The notes beneath the pieces are model-generated. The model saw only the letters and a program-made list of their open reading frames with translations, had not been told where the DNA came from and made no database searches. The position numbers and the translations under genes are program-made. From Ascoidea asiatica JCM 7603 (Eukaryota; Fungi; Ascomycota), in contig BCKQ01000012.1 of the NCBI GenBank assembly GCA_001600695.1, positions 457,312 through 521,311 of the forward strand: a stretch of 64,000 bases of DNA, given 5' to 3'. Below are positions 1-11,196 of the stretch, piece after piece (the first letter of the stretch is position 1; every line of letters starts with the position of its first letter).

Positions 1-1861
1 TTTCTGTTGGGTAAACTTCAATACCAAGCATTTTTACAGCCTTGGTAGTTATGAAACTTATTTGTGCACCTGGATCTAGAGTGATGTACTCAGTGTTTAA
101 TTTTATGTTACATTGAAATTTAATAAGAGGAGCGGTAAACCAGGCATTCTGAAGTAAAGGTAAACAATCAGGGTCATAATGACATGTTTCAGTAATTAAC
201 CATTTTTCATCAGATTCTTCCACGAGAACTCTACCTATTTTCATATTATCTAAGGTAGGGGCTTGTTTAGCAGCAAGAAAAGGTCTTGATTTTGATTTAA
301 TTTTATTGATAATATTTTGTACCAAAGATCTATTATTTAATCCTAGAAGGTTTTTTATACTAATAGAAACAGGAGTGTCTAATATTAAGTCAATAAATTC
401 TCCTTCTTCAGCAGGAGATAAGCTAACATCAGTGTAACGTTGACTACCAAAGGGATATCTCTTTTCTGTGGATTTATTATCTTCTACACTTAATGCATTG
501 AGTAAGTTGCTAATTTTTGGCGAATGAGAAGCCCTTTTAAGTTGTTGAGGATCTCTTAAATCCGATTTAGCATGTCTTTTGGCAGCTTTGACAAAGAGAT
601 CAGTTAATTCTAAAGCATCATCAGGATTAAAATCTCTGAGTTCAACTTCAGCTTTCTTTATTTGAGGATCCAGTAATGATTTGAAGGTATCTGAATTATT
701 ATAAGGAATACTAGAAAACTGGAGCCATTTCCTAAATTTATCACCAATTCGACCGTTAATAAAAGTAATAATTCCGGAAGATACATAATGATTTATATCA
801 GAGCACTCCCTCCAATGATGTCCATTTGTTCCACAGAAAAAACATGATAAGCCATTAGATTTCAAAGATGGTCTTTCTCTATTTTGATTTAAAATTTGGG
901 AAACATCTATACTAAGACTTTTGAAATCGTTGATAAAATCTTCAGGTTGATCTTTATTGTTATCTTGAAAGTATTTTGGACCATCATCACTAGTTATAGA
1001 AGAAGCATAAGAAGTAGATTCTGAAGTTGATTCATTTGTTTGTGAGATATTGTTTGTTTTTGGAAATTTAGTTGAGTTAGAGTTATAATTTGAGGTAGAA
1101 TCATACTGTGATTCTATTTGTGGAGATTTTTTATGAGATTTTTCATATGAGAAATGTGGATTAGATGGATCATGAGTTGCAAATGATGAATTTTCTTCAA
1201 GTTTCTGGCTAAATAGTTGCCAATTTTTATCAGGGTTACCAATTTTCCTGTTTGAAGAAAGTTCTTCATGTAGTTTAGGGAAATGTGGTATAGTTAAAGT
1301 GAATAGGAAGGGGTACTTTGATCTGAAAAAATCGTAGATTGATCTCCATGGAATTTTATTTCCCAAACTCTTTTGGTCATCAATCATATAGTCAATGATT
1401 GCAACTAAAGTACTAATTTCAAAATTGTATTCTTCGTTTGAGCTTGATTTTAGATCGGTATACTTTTTTTCTAAAGTAGCCTTAAATTCATTATCCCTTT
1501 TAATTGGCTTAGGCATTCTTTTTAGTCCAGCATCATAGAAATCCCAATTAATTTTATATGTTCTTTCATACAGTAAGAATAACACTGTAAAAAAGATGTG
1601 TAGCTTCTTTGAAACTTTTTCTTTTAAATGGTTGATAATTGAATATTCAGGAATTGAGCATAGCTGGCAATGATCTTTGAAACCTTTCAAATAACTATTG
1701 ATCATTGCCCAGTCAGTAATGTCTCCGACTGTAAGTGGAATATAATTAGGGAATTGTCCTTGTTGAAAAAATATTTTTAATGCATTGAACTCACTTCCTG
1801 CTGATAGTCCAGCGTGAATAGGTAAGATTGGTGAAGTTGGTGAATCTGGAGGTGAGGACAT
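1..1861 (-). CDS. Ty3/gypsy-type retrotransposon Gag-protease polyprotein (partial, runs off left edge)
   Basis: Hand translation from ATG at 1861 (MSSPPDSPTSP...) stays open to base 1. It contains the CX2CX4HX4C knuckle CFFCGTNGHHWREC (~803-844) and, in the same frame, the retropepsin-like motif YITLDPGAQISFIT (LDPGA at 65-79). Missing from the ORF track because there is no stop inside the window. Gypsy versus copia cannot be settled without the RT/IN order. Confidence 0.85.
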   Translation of the reverse strand, partial: MSSPPDSPTSPILPIHAGLSAGSEFNALKIFFQQGQFPNYIPLTVGDITDWAMINSYLKGFKDHCQLCSIPEYSIINHLKEKVSKKLHIFFTVLFLLYERTYKINWDFYDAGLKRMPKPIKRDNEFKATLEKKYTDLKSSSNEEYNFEISTLVAIIDYMIDDQKSLGNKIPWRSIYDFFRSKYPFLFTLTIPHFPKLHEELSSNRKIGNPDKNWQLFSQKLEENSSFATHDPSNPHFSYEKSHKKSPQIESQYDSTSNYNSNSTKFPKTNNISQTNESTSESTSYASSITSDDGPKYFQDNNKDQPEDFINDFKSLSIDVSQILNQNRERPSLKSNGLSCFFCGTNGHHWRECSDINHYVSSGIITFINGRIGDKFRKWLQFSSIPYNNSDTFKSLLDPQIKKAEVELRDFNPDDALELTDLFVKAAKRHAKSDLRDPQQLKRASHSPKISNLLNALSVEDNKSTEKRYPFGSQRYTDVSLSPAEEGEFIDLILDTPVSISIKNLLGLNNRSLVQNIINKIKSKSRPFLAAKQAPTLDNMKIGRVLVEESDEKWLITETCHYDPDCLPLLQNAWFTAPLIKFQCNIKLNTEYITLDPGAQISFITTKAVKMLGIEVYPTE

Positions 1862-2039
1862 GATGATAAATAGTCAAATATAGTTTTTTTTTTTTTTTTT
1901 GTAGTTTATCTCCAGGGATATAAGAGATAATAAATATTGGTTTTAAAGCTTAGCAATAGTTGTAGTTAAGCTTAAATAACAGTAGTAGCAAAAGGGTGAT
2001 AGTAAGTAATATTGGATAATATAATAAGTGATGCTTAAT

Positions 2040-2460
2040 ATAAGAATCTAGCAATAATAGTAGATTATAATAGAAGTAGTTCTGAATATATTATAGTTAA
2101 TGATAGTGAATAATAGATCAATAAAGATTTATAATAATTGAAATAAAGTAAGGATCTGATAATATTAATTAAAAATAGTATATGATGCTGAATAAATCTA
2201 GCAACTATAAACCAGTTTATAATAGTGAATAATAGATCAATTACTTATAATAATTGTTAAATAAGCTGATCGTATGAAAATAATAAATAATAATAGTATA
2301 TGATAATAAATGATAGTAGAAACTAGATGCCAGTTTATAATATTTAATAATAGATCAATTACTTATAATAATTGCTAAATAAGCTAATGATATGATAATA
2401 ATAAATAATAATAGTATATGACAATAAATGATACTAGCAACTATATGCCATTTAATAAAA
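2040..2460 (-). repeat. ~118-bp imperfect tandem repeat (~3.5 copies) in the retrotransposon 5' leader
   Basis: Core AATAGATCAAT..TTATAATAATTG recurs at 2112, 2231 and 2349; AATAGTATATGA and (CT)AGCAACTATA-like motifs recur with the same period. Confidence 0.75.
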
Positions 2461-2606
2461 TTGATTAGCTAAAAAGATAAGTAATTAGATGAAATGGATA
2501 CTGTGATGAATAAAATGTTTTGCAGTAAATTCTACCTAAATTATGACCAACACTGTGATATTTGATAATTAATTTTGTAACAGAAAACAATAAAACTTGA
2601 AAGGTT

Positions 2607-2624
2607 TCCTGCTGGGGACCACCA
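2607..2624 (-). promoter_or_regulatory. Primer-binding site, complementary to a tRNA 3' end (tRNA-Ile(AAU)-like)
   Basis: Plus strand reads TCCTGCTGGGGACCA-CCA; minus strand reads TGGTGGTCCCCAGCAGGA. This 18-nt GC-rich island lies upstream of gag and resembles the 3' end of yeast tRNA-Ile(AAU) plus CCA (recalled, not aligned). Confidence 0.7.
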
Positions 2625-2631
2625 CTTTAAC

Positions 2632-3432
2632 TGCTTACAAAAGTCAGATTTTTTTAATTCAATGTAAAAACAATAATATTTATTAATAAGTTGAGGTTGT
2701 TAAAAACAAGTTGAATGATGATAATTCAAAAATGAATAAAATTAAAAAGAAAAAAAGAAAAAGATTAAAGTTTTTTATAGTAAATGTTTTTTTTTTTTTT
2801 TTTTGAAATGATTATATGATTTGCACGTGCATGAATTAAGTTTTGAAACATTCTTTTAGTTTTATTATTAATAAAAATATCACTTGAATCATCAATAAAC
2901 AAAGATGTGTCCTTATGTTGAACATAAAATTCCAAAATCAGAGGGAGATAAAGTCCTAACTTATTTGCAAATTGTTTAATTGTTTCAATTAAGGAGGGGG
3001 ATGGTAAAATTATTAAGTTATTAGACATGTGATATAACTAAGAAACATTAATAATAATTTAAAAAATAAATTAAAATGAAATAAAATAATTATAAGTGTT
3101 GCAATATCTCCTTATATATCATGCTGGTTTCCAAAATGTAAACAAAAGTTCACCTAATGAAGAAATAAATAAACAAACACAAAAACATAAAAAAATAAAT
3201 AAACAAATTAATCACGTAATAAATGTCAAAACACAAAATTGACACATATAATAAAAATTGAAACACATAATAAAAATTGAAACATATAACAAAAATTGAA
3301 ACAAAAAAGTGAACCATATAATAAAAATTGAAACACATAATAAAAATTGAAACAAAAAAATAGTCACAGGATAATAACTTAGTATTATAAGAACTGAGGT
3401 CAGAAATAATTGTTGAAGCATTTCTGTCAACA
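2632..3432 (-). mobile_element. Putative 5' LTR of the retrotransposon (boundaries unresolved)
   Basis: Lies just outside the PBS. Has a minus-strand TATATAAG at ~3112-3119 and possible TG starts at 3368 or 3432. No second LTR in the window to confirm. Confidence 0.35.
3200..3360. repeat. ~19-bp minisatellite (AAAAATTGAAACACATAAT)n
   Basis: Unit AAAAATTGAAAC(A/-)CATA(T)AAT is repeated about 6 times between 3235 and 3355. Confidence 0.75.
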
Positions 3433-4842
3433 GTTCTGCGATAGAAGACCCTGAATTGAAAGTATATGAAAAAACTATTGATTTTTACAATATTTTAGCT
3501 TTTGAAAGCGGTATTTTGACCAATTTGGATTTCTTTTTTCTGTTTCTGACTGACTATTCTTAAATTAGAGAAATTGAATTTTTATAAGTTGACAAATCAG
3601 AATTGCCAAAGGAAGTTTGTAAAGACCAGTTTTTCCTTCATGAAAGTGAAATTAGACAAAGATAGCCTTGATCCAATTGCATGTAAAATAAAATACAATC
3701 CTAATATTTTTGTATTTGGTAATCATTTTTTGAGACTAAACATATTAATGTATATGAAACCATATGATGATTTTCGGAAATTTGTATTGCCAATCCCACT
3801 ACTAGAGTTAGCAAAATAATTCTTTATTGCTTTTGCTTATTAGAAGCAGATGAAATTAATAACTTTGAAATGGGGAGACTTAAACTTTTGGCCATGGTGT
3901 ATTTTTCATCTATTTCACTTGAAGCATTTAGTTTTCATTTATCTCATAATCTGTTAAACTTCTTTACGTTTCCTAAATTCCATAGAAAGGCCTGTTTGCC
4001 GTGATCCTAATCTACAGTATTAAAATAGGTGAGTCAACCCTAATATTGTTTGTCCCATAACGTAAAACACATAGTTAAATTTAGTGCAGCGGAGATATCC
4101 ACTCGCTTGAGAAAGGACAATAGGCTTGCGCAAAAGTTAAAAAAAAGATTCCACATAAAGCGGACTGTAGCTGCAGAATATTATGATTTCCTACGTGCAC
4201 TACCAAACAGTATAAAACAGCTTTAAAGATTTACTAAGCGTGCGGATGCAGAACATCCGACAGCCGCCACTGCCTCTTCTCTTGTTGCCAGCACCACCCA
4301 AGCTAAGCTGTATACAGCCTCTTTACAGAATTCACCAATTTCTGGAATCATTTCAACTTTGTACAGTAGATTGGATATCTGTTTCATTATGGAAAGAAAA
4401 CAAAGTCAATGAATGATATCAAAAAACATACCAAAAATCATAACAATAACTATCTTGATAATCATAATGGTAATGAGGACGATAAAGACCATGATAATGA
4501 TATAATGATATAATGATACAACGATAGAGGTAATGAGAGTGGTAATGATAGAGATAATGAAAAGAAGAAATACTTTAGAACTAAGATGATTTGCTATTTG
4601 AATTAAAAAGACAAAACATTGGATTATAAATGATACTTTATACAGTATTTGTGATTATTTGATACCTGTTTTATTACAAAATAATGGATAATTCATAAAG
4701 TATATTTATGTTTTACTAATGTCTGGTATAAATAAGCTATTTAATCAGCTTATATTCCATTTTTTTTTTTGGTTTTCTTGACTTTTTATAATAAGGAACA
4801 GTACTTCTAAGTATTATAATCATTAGAACTAGTATAAATAAT

Positions 4843-6183
4843 ATGAGCAAAATAAATAATATTAATAATTTAAGAGAATTAAGGAATTTAAATAATTTAA
4901 ATGATTTAAATAACTTAAATGATTTGATTGATAGAAATGACTTTAGTAATATTGAATTTCAACTAGTTGTTGTTCAACAGCCAAAAATTGCAAGAATGTG
5001 TGGTTTAGGCGTCAAAGATAAAAGATATATAACTCCACCACCAGTGATAAAATTAAATTTAATCAATAAAAGAAACAAAAAATTATATTCAATTAAAGAT
5101 TTTAAAAATTTTCCAAATTTTATATTAATTTGTCAATTAATTGATCCTGATCAAAAACAAACTACAAATTTAAGTTATATAAATTCAATTCCTGAAAGAA
5201 AATCTTCATCAACTAAAAATAAACTCAATTCAAATAATCAATCTTTACTTTTATCAAATTTGAACCAAAGAAACTGTACCAATCATTATGACAATAATTA
5301 TAATAATTCAAAGTACACTACCAATATTATAAAAAATAATAGCTCATATAATACTTTGATTTATGATATTGAGAAAAAGAAAAAATTCACACTTCAAACT
5401 CAAAATCAGTTTCAATTCCAATCTCAAGCTCAATTTAATAATCAAATTCAAAATCAGAATCTTTGTGATAATCAATTTAGAATGAATTTGAATATGAATA
5501 ATAATGTTCAAGTTAATGATTTACCTGTAAGAAATTTAGAAGGTGAAATTGTTAAATCTGCTGTGAAATTGAATGATCTTAATAATAATGAATGCTTATG
5601 GTTTGCATTTCCCGAAATATCAATTAGAATTTGTGGAAATTTCAAATTAAATTTCTCTTTATTTCATATTAATAATATTTTCAATAATTTAAATAAATTA
5701 AATAATAATAATAATAATAATAATATAAACGATTTATATTCAACAGTTTTAGCTGATGTTTTAACAGATTCATTTAATGTTTATATGCCAAAAGATTTTC
5801 CAGGTGTTGGAATTTCAACGGATTTAAGTAAACACTTAGCTAATCAAGGTTTGAAAATTCCTATTAGAAATTTAGAACCAAAAAAAAAATCATCAATTGA
5901 TAATTCCCATATACAATCTCAAAAAAATATAAAGAATTCAAATAATCAAAAGAATAAAAGTAATAAGAATAGCAAGAGTAACATTGAAAACTTTCAAAAT
6001 ATTCCCACCTATAATAATATCAATAATATTAATTCAATTCCCAAATATTCTTCATTAAATACATCCAATTCAACTTTTTATCTGTCTTCAATTTCAAATC
6101 CTCAATATTTTAACATAAATCCAAATAATACAATCAATTATGGCTCAAATTCTTTTCCACTGGGCTCTTTCAATTTTAAATGA
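4843..6183 (+). CDS. velB: Velvet-domain transcription regulator, VelB/Ryp3-like
   Basis: N-half LVVVQQPKIARMCGLGVKDKRYITPPPVIKL. C-half RNLEG...WFAFPEISIRICGNFKLNFSLF and FPGV..STDLSKHLANQGLKIPIR. The domain is split by an N/Q-rich insert as in VelB. Confidence 0.88.
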   Translation: MSKINNINNLRELRNLNNLNDLNNLNDLIDRNDFSNIEFQLVVVQQPKIARMCGLGVKDKRYITPPPVIKLNLINKRNKKLYSIKDFKNFPNFILICQLIDPDQKQTTNLSYINSIPERKSSSTKNKLNSNNQSLLLSNLNQRNCTNHYDNNYNNSKYTTNIIKNNSSYNTLIYDIEKKKKFTLQTQNQFQFQSQAQFNNQIQNQNLCDNQFRMNLNMNNNVQVNDLPVRNLEGEIVKSAVKLNDLNNNECLWFAFPEISIRICGNFKLNFSLFHINNIFNNLNKLNNNNNNNNINDLYSTVLADVLTDSFNVYMPKDFPGVGISTDLSKHLANQGLKIPIRNLEPKKKSSIDNSHIQSQKNIKNSNNQKNKSNKNSKSNIENFQNIPTYNNINNINSIPKYSSLNTSNSTFYLSSISNPQYFNINPNNTINYGSNSFPLGSFNFK

Positions 6184-6888
6184 CAGTTTTTGAAATGTAC
6201 CTCTTTTTTTTCATTCTTTTTAACTTTGAGTGAGTAGTCGACAACTTGAATCAATGCGTTCCAAATTTAATTTATGGGTTAATTCAATTATTCTTTTTCT
6301 TTAATTTTATATAATACTTGATATAGAGTGATATTTGAAACCATTTTTTGTTCATTGATTTTATATATTTTGCCTCGGTCTTGGTTTATATTTTACAGGG
6401 AATTAACCCTTTTTTTATTATGGCTTAAAATTTGTTTATTTTTATTTTGTTATGACTATTTAAGAGCATAGCTGTTTTCTTTCTAGAAAGACTAGTAAGA
6501 CTCTGTTCTTGAAAGATGACAATCTATACTACAATTGGTAAAAGTTCAGTTAACTGAAAGTAATCTATAAGGTTAAATTATTGGTAATTAATTCTCGAGA
6601 TAGGAGTTTGTACTTAAGAAATTTGTTAATGATTACATATAAGAATTTTTAGACTACCTTGAACCAACAGAGACAAAAATACCATATTCATTATTAATTC
6701 AGTGTTTATAAATGTTATATGCATAAATTTTCTATATTAAACATAAAGTGAATAATCTCTTCCATTCCACACAATTGAATACTAAAAGAAAAAAAGAAAA
6801 AAAGAAAAACTTAAAAGAAAAAAAATCCGAAAATTAAAGTTATTTAATTTCCATTAAGCAAATTCTAAGATTTATAGATTAATTTTTT

Positions 6889-8757
6889 TTAAAAATAAAC
6901 ATTTTCAATATTTTTTAACATATCTAATAATGTATAATAATGAAATATTATACCAAATAAAACACAAATATGCCAAAAATTATGTGATGAACAAATATAA
7001 TCAACCCACCATAAAGATAAAAAAGATTTTGAATTTTTTAAAATTGTTGGTTTATTTTTAAAATATTTAATTACAATTAATTTTTTTTCAATAGTTTGAT
7101 GAATAGGATGACCAATTGGAATTTTAGAATTTTTTGTATTTAATTTTAATTTATATTTTATTTTTTCAATTTCATTTAAAAAATTATCTTTATTTAAAAT
7201 TTCTTTATCAAGTTTAATATCAGTTCTAAATCTTTCTGGGATAAAATAAGCATAAAATATAATACCAATTGAATATGAACTTAAACTTTTAAAAATTTCT
7301 TTATAAAATTGAAAACTAATTTTAAAATTTTTTAAATGAATTAATAAAAAAAAAGAAAAAAATCCTAAGAATGATAATAAAATAAAAAACAGTAATCTTA
7401 AAAATTTATTTTCGAACATTGGTAACCAATTTAAGAAAAATCCAATTAAACCTAAAATTGAAGTTGAAATTAAGAATAATTTTTGAAAAATTGGATAATA
7501 ATTATAAGTTATATATTCTATTGATAAAATTGAACAAGTGATTAAAATAGTTATACCAGTATAATCAATACAAGCATATCTTGATCTTAATTTTAAATTT
7601 GTACAACCTGAGAAAGTATGCCAAGAAACAGAAGAAATTAAACAATTTAAAGAAGCAAATAAGAATAAATAAATTGGTATAAATAAATTTTTTTTATTTA
7701 AATTTAAAATTTCAAATTTTTTTTCATTTTCATTTAAAAATTTTGGAAATTGTAAAAACATGAAATAAAAAATTATAAAAACTCCAATTAAATGAGACCA
7801 AATATTAATTGATTCATTATGATTAAATTTTAAAATTGAAAAAATACAAGATTTATTTTTATTATAAAATCTATAACCATGAATTATATAATGATTTTCT
7901 CTCCAACCAAAAGGTAAATCATAAAAATGTAAATAATTTTTATTATAATTTGATTTAATTAAAGCATTTTTAAAATTAATTAAATTTATATAAGTAATAT
8001 AATTTGAATTATTTATATAAATATCAGAATTAATAATTTTTAATTTTGAAGAATTAATTTTTAAATTTAAATTATTTAATAAATTATATATAAGTAGGTT
8101 ACTATTATTATTATTATTATTATTTAAAGTATTTGTTGAGTTAACATTTGAAGTTTGAATAATTATGAAATTTTTAAATAAATTTAAATTATTATTGATT
8201 AAAGATTTTAAATTTTTTATATTAAATTTATTATTATTAAATTTATTATTATAATTATAAGAAGCTTTTGATTTAAAAAATTTTAAAACTTGAATTAAAT
8301 TTATAACTAAATTTCTTAAATCCGAATCAGAATCAGAATCAGAATCTAAATTAGAATTTGAATTTAATTTATTAGAATTTGAATTTTTTAATAAATTATT
8401 ATGAAATAAATAATTATCTAAGAAATCTAAATTTTCTTCAATTGTTAAAAAGAAATTATTATAAATTTTGATAATAATTTGATCTAAAGTATCATTTGAA
8501 TCTATAACTTGATCATCATTATTATTTTCTGTTAAAGATGTAGAAGTTGAAGTAGAATCTGAGTTTGAATTTGAATTAGGGTTTAAATTTGAATTTAAAT
8601 CAGAATCAGAATTAGATAAATCTGTTAAAATTTTAATTGAGGAATTAGTTTTTGATCTTTTTCTATTTTTTATAGAATTTTTATTATTAAATTGAGAAGA
8701 TTGAGAATTATTTGAATGACATTGAGTTTGTGAAGAAGAAGAGATTATTGAAGTCAT
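6889..8757 (-). CDS. IZH3: PAQR / hemolysin-III family membrane protein, Izh3-like
   Basis: LPFGWRENHYIIHGYRF, HNESINIWSHLIG, WHTF, CIDYTGITILI, IPERFR and SHNFWH motifs; long N-terminal extension typical of Izh3. Confidence 0.88.
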   Translation of the reverse strand: MTSIISSSSQTQCHSNNSQSSQFNNKNSIKNRKRSKTNSSIKILTDLSNSDSDLNSNLNPNSNSNSDSTSTSTSLTENNNDDQVIDSNDTLDQIIIKIYNNFFLTIEENLDFLDNYLFHNNLLKNSNSNKLNSNSNLDSDSDSDSDLRNLVINLIQVLKFFKSKASYNYNNKFNNNKFNIKNLKSLINNNLNLFKNFIIIQTSNVNSTNTLNNNNNNNSNLLIYNLLNNLNLKINSSKLKIINSDIYINNSNYITYINLINFKNALIKSNYNKNYLHFYDLPFGWRENHYIIHGYRFYNKNKSCIFSILKFNHNESINIWSHLIGVFIIFYFMFLQFPKFLNENEKKFEILNLNKKNLFIPIYLFLFASLNCLISSVSWHTFSGCTNLKLRSRYACIDYTGITILITCSILSIEYITYNYYPIFQKLFLISTSILGLIGFFLNWLPMFENKFLRLLFFILLSFLGFFSFFLLIHLKNFKISFQFYKEIFKSLSSYSIGIIFYAYFIPERFRTDIKLDKEILNKDNFLNEIEKIKYKLKLNTKNSKIPIGHPIHQTIEKKLIVIKYFKNKPTILKNSKSFLSLWWVDYICSSHNFWHICVLFGIIFHYYTLLDMLKNIENVYF

Positions 8758-9469
8758 TTCAATAATACTAATAAAGAATAAAAATTGAAAATAATGAAAA
8801 GAAATGAGATAATTATAAGAAATAATTATATGAAAAAGATTGAGATTGAAATAAATAATGAAATAAAGAGATTATATGAAATATTTATATTAAATGAAAT
8901 GAATTAAAATGAAATGAATTGAATTTTTAATAAAAAAATAATCGTTTAATAACGATATTGAATACCAGAGTTAATTATTAAAGAAATGAGTAATAATTTA
9001 TTAATTTATTAATTAATTAATTTAAGGTTAATATAATTGATAATAATTTTTATTTTATAGAATATAAGAATATTAAATGAGAATTATTAAATGAGAATTA
9101 GTTAAATTGAACTAGAATTTGATAGATTTAAAAGCCAGAGAAAGAATTTATAGAAATTATTGTTGGATTAAAAAGAATGAAGCGAAGTTAAAGTAGATTT
9201 ATTATATTGAACTGAAAGACAACTTTGAGCAGAGAATAAAAAAGAAAGAATAATTAAATATTTATATATATATATTTTATATCTTTGTATCTTTGTATAT
9301 CAATATTATTATTTACATTTATGATTCTTCTGAAGTAATTATTAGAGAAATAAAGCTTTATTTTCAAAATGAAGAAGTTAAGTAAGTTAAGTCAGATAAA
9401 TAAAAAGGTTCAGGCAAAATCAAATAACAATAAAATACAATAGAAAAAAGAGAAAAGAAAAAGAAGTTA

Positions 9470-9765
9470 GCGCTGAGGGAAACCAGCCTCAAGGAGAGGG
9501 AGTTAAGGCACACCTTCTTCCGCCGCTGCACACGCACGGGGCCCGCGCTGATTGGCTGCGGAAGGAAGGCGCCACGCACGTGAGCACCCGCGAAAGCCGG
9601 GTTGCACGTGTCTCGGATTTTGTAGATCATGTGCACTAGTTACACCAAATTCATGGATGTTTGGGGGGTCATGTGCCTCGTATACTCCAACTTTATGGGT
9701 CTTCTTAGTCATATGCATCAATGACACCATTTTTAGGGATATTCTTTAAACAGTCATGTGACTGA
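9470..9765. promoter_or_regulatory. GC-rich divergent promoter island (IZH3/RPC34) with CCAAT box and E-boxes
   Basis: CTGATTGGCT (reverse AGCCAATCAG) at ~9548-9557; CACGTG at ~9577 and ~9605; GTCATGTGAC at ~9753. Confidence 0.5.
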
Positions 9766-9960
9766 GCAGAGACCCATTTCATGGATCTCGTCTCTGGAGT
9801 TTTTTAGATTTATTATATTTCAATAATAAATAATAATTGGAAAGTAATAATTTATTAATTGAAGAAAGTAATATTTAATATTCATAGGAATAGTAATGAA
9901 AAGTTATTAACAAAAGTAAGAATAGTAAGAAAGGGCTAAGAAAAAGATTTATAATTTGAA

Positions 9961-11082
9961 ATGAATTCAAATAGTGGTGATGAAGAAAATCCAATTTTAG
10001 AAAAACTTTCGAATAATGCAAAAAGGTTATATAATGAAATGAAAAAAAAAATGGAATTTTTTTATGATACAAAACAATTACAAAATTTAATAAAAATTAA
10101 AAAACAAACAGATTTAGTTAATATAATTCAAGAATTAATTGATTTTAAATTAATTAAACCTGGTAAACAAGATGGTATATTAAAATTTAAAATAATTTCA
10201 TTAGAAATTTCAAAAAATTTTCAAAATTTAAATAAAGAAGAATCTTTAATTTATTCATATATTGAATCAAGTGGTAGAAGTGGAATTTGGACAAAAACTA
10301 TAAAATTAAGAACAAATTTACATCAACATATTGTTAATAAAGTTTTAAAAAATTTAGAAAATCAAAGATTTATTAAAAATATTAAAAGTGTTAAAAATCC
10401 ATCAAGAAAAATTTATATGTTATATAATTTACAACCAAGTATTGAAATTACTGGTGGTCCATGGTTTACAGATAATGAATTAGATACTGAATTTATAAAA
10501 ACTTTATTAAATGTTATTTGGAGATTTATAACTTCAAAATCATTTCCAATGGCATTTAAATCAAAACCCAAAAGAAAACATTCCAAGTTAAAAATTGATA
10601 ATAATAATAATAATAATAATAATGAATATAATTTTGATGCAATTAATTCAAATTTAAATGATTTACCAAATATTGATGAAATTTTATTATTTATTAGAAA
10701 TTCAAATTTAACAGAAGTTAATTTAAATCCAAATGATATAAGAAGTTTATGTAATGTATTAATTTATGAAGATAAATTAGAAAAATTATTAGATTTAAGT
10801 GGTAATGAAGTTTATAAATCAACTTTACAATCAATTATTGAAATTAGATCTGAACAATTGAATTTAAATGTTGATGATGATGATGATGATGAAGATCAAG
10901 ATGATGATCAAGATGCTAATCAAGTATCAAAAAATATGATAGATGATTATAATAATACATATGATAGTGATGATGATAGTGATTATAATGAATATAGTAT
11001 ATTTGATTATCATACTTTAATACCTCCAAATGTGAATGATGATCCAGATATTATTTATTTAGATGATTGGAATAATATATAA
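9961..11082 (+). CDS. RPC34: RNA polymerase III subunit C34
   Basis: YSYIESSGRSGIWTKTIKLRTNLHQH, KIYMLYNLQPSIEITGGPWFTDNELDTEFI, acidic C-tail. Confidence 0.95.
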   Translation: MNSNSGDEENPILEKLSNNAKRLYNEMKKKMEFFYDTKQLQNLIKIKKQTDLVNIIQELIDFKLIKPGKQDGILKFKIISLEISKNFQNLNKEESLIYSYIESSGRSGIWTKTIKLRTNLHQHIVNKVLKNLENQRFIKNIKSVKNPSRKIYMLYNLQPSIEITGGPWFTDNELDTEFIKTLLNVIWRFITSKSFPMAFKSKPKRKHSKLKIDNNNNNNNNEYNFDAINSNLNDLPNIDEILLFIRNSNLTEVNLNPNDIRSLCNVLIYEDKLEKLLDLSGNEVYKSTLQSIIEIRSEQLNLNVDDDDDDEDQDDDQDANQVSKNMIDDYNNTYDSDDDSDYNEYSIFDYHTLIPPNVNDDPDIIYLDDWNNI

Positions 11083-11196
11083 TATATAATATATAATATA
11101 TAATCTATAATTTATGATATATAATTAATACAGTAGGTATATTAATAAAGTATGTATATATATATATATATAGTAAATAAGTAAATAATTTTATAA

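Noticed and set aside
3150-3430. Hydrophobic minus-strand ORFs 3150-3338 and 3212-3430
   Set aside because: Products of the 19-bp minisatellite.
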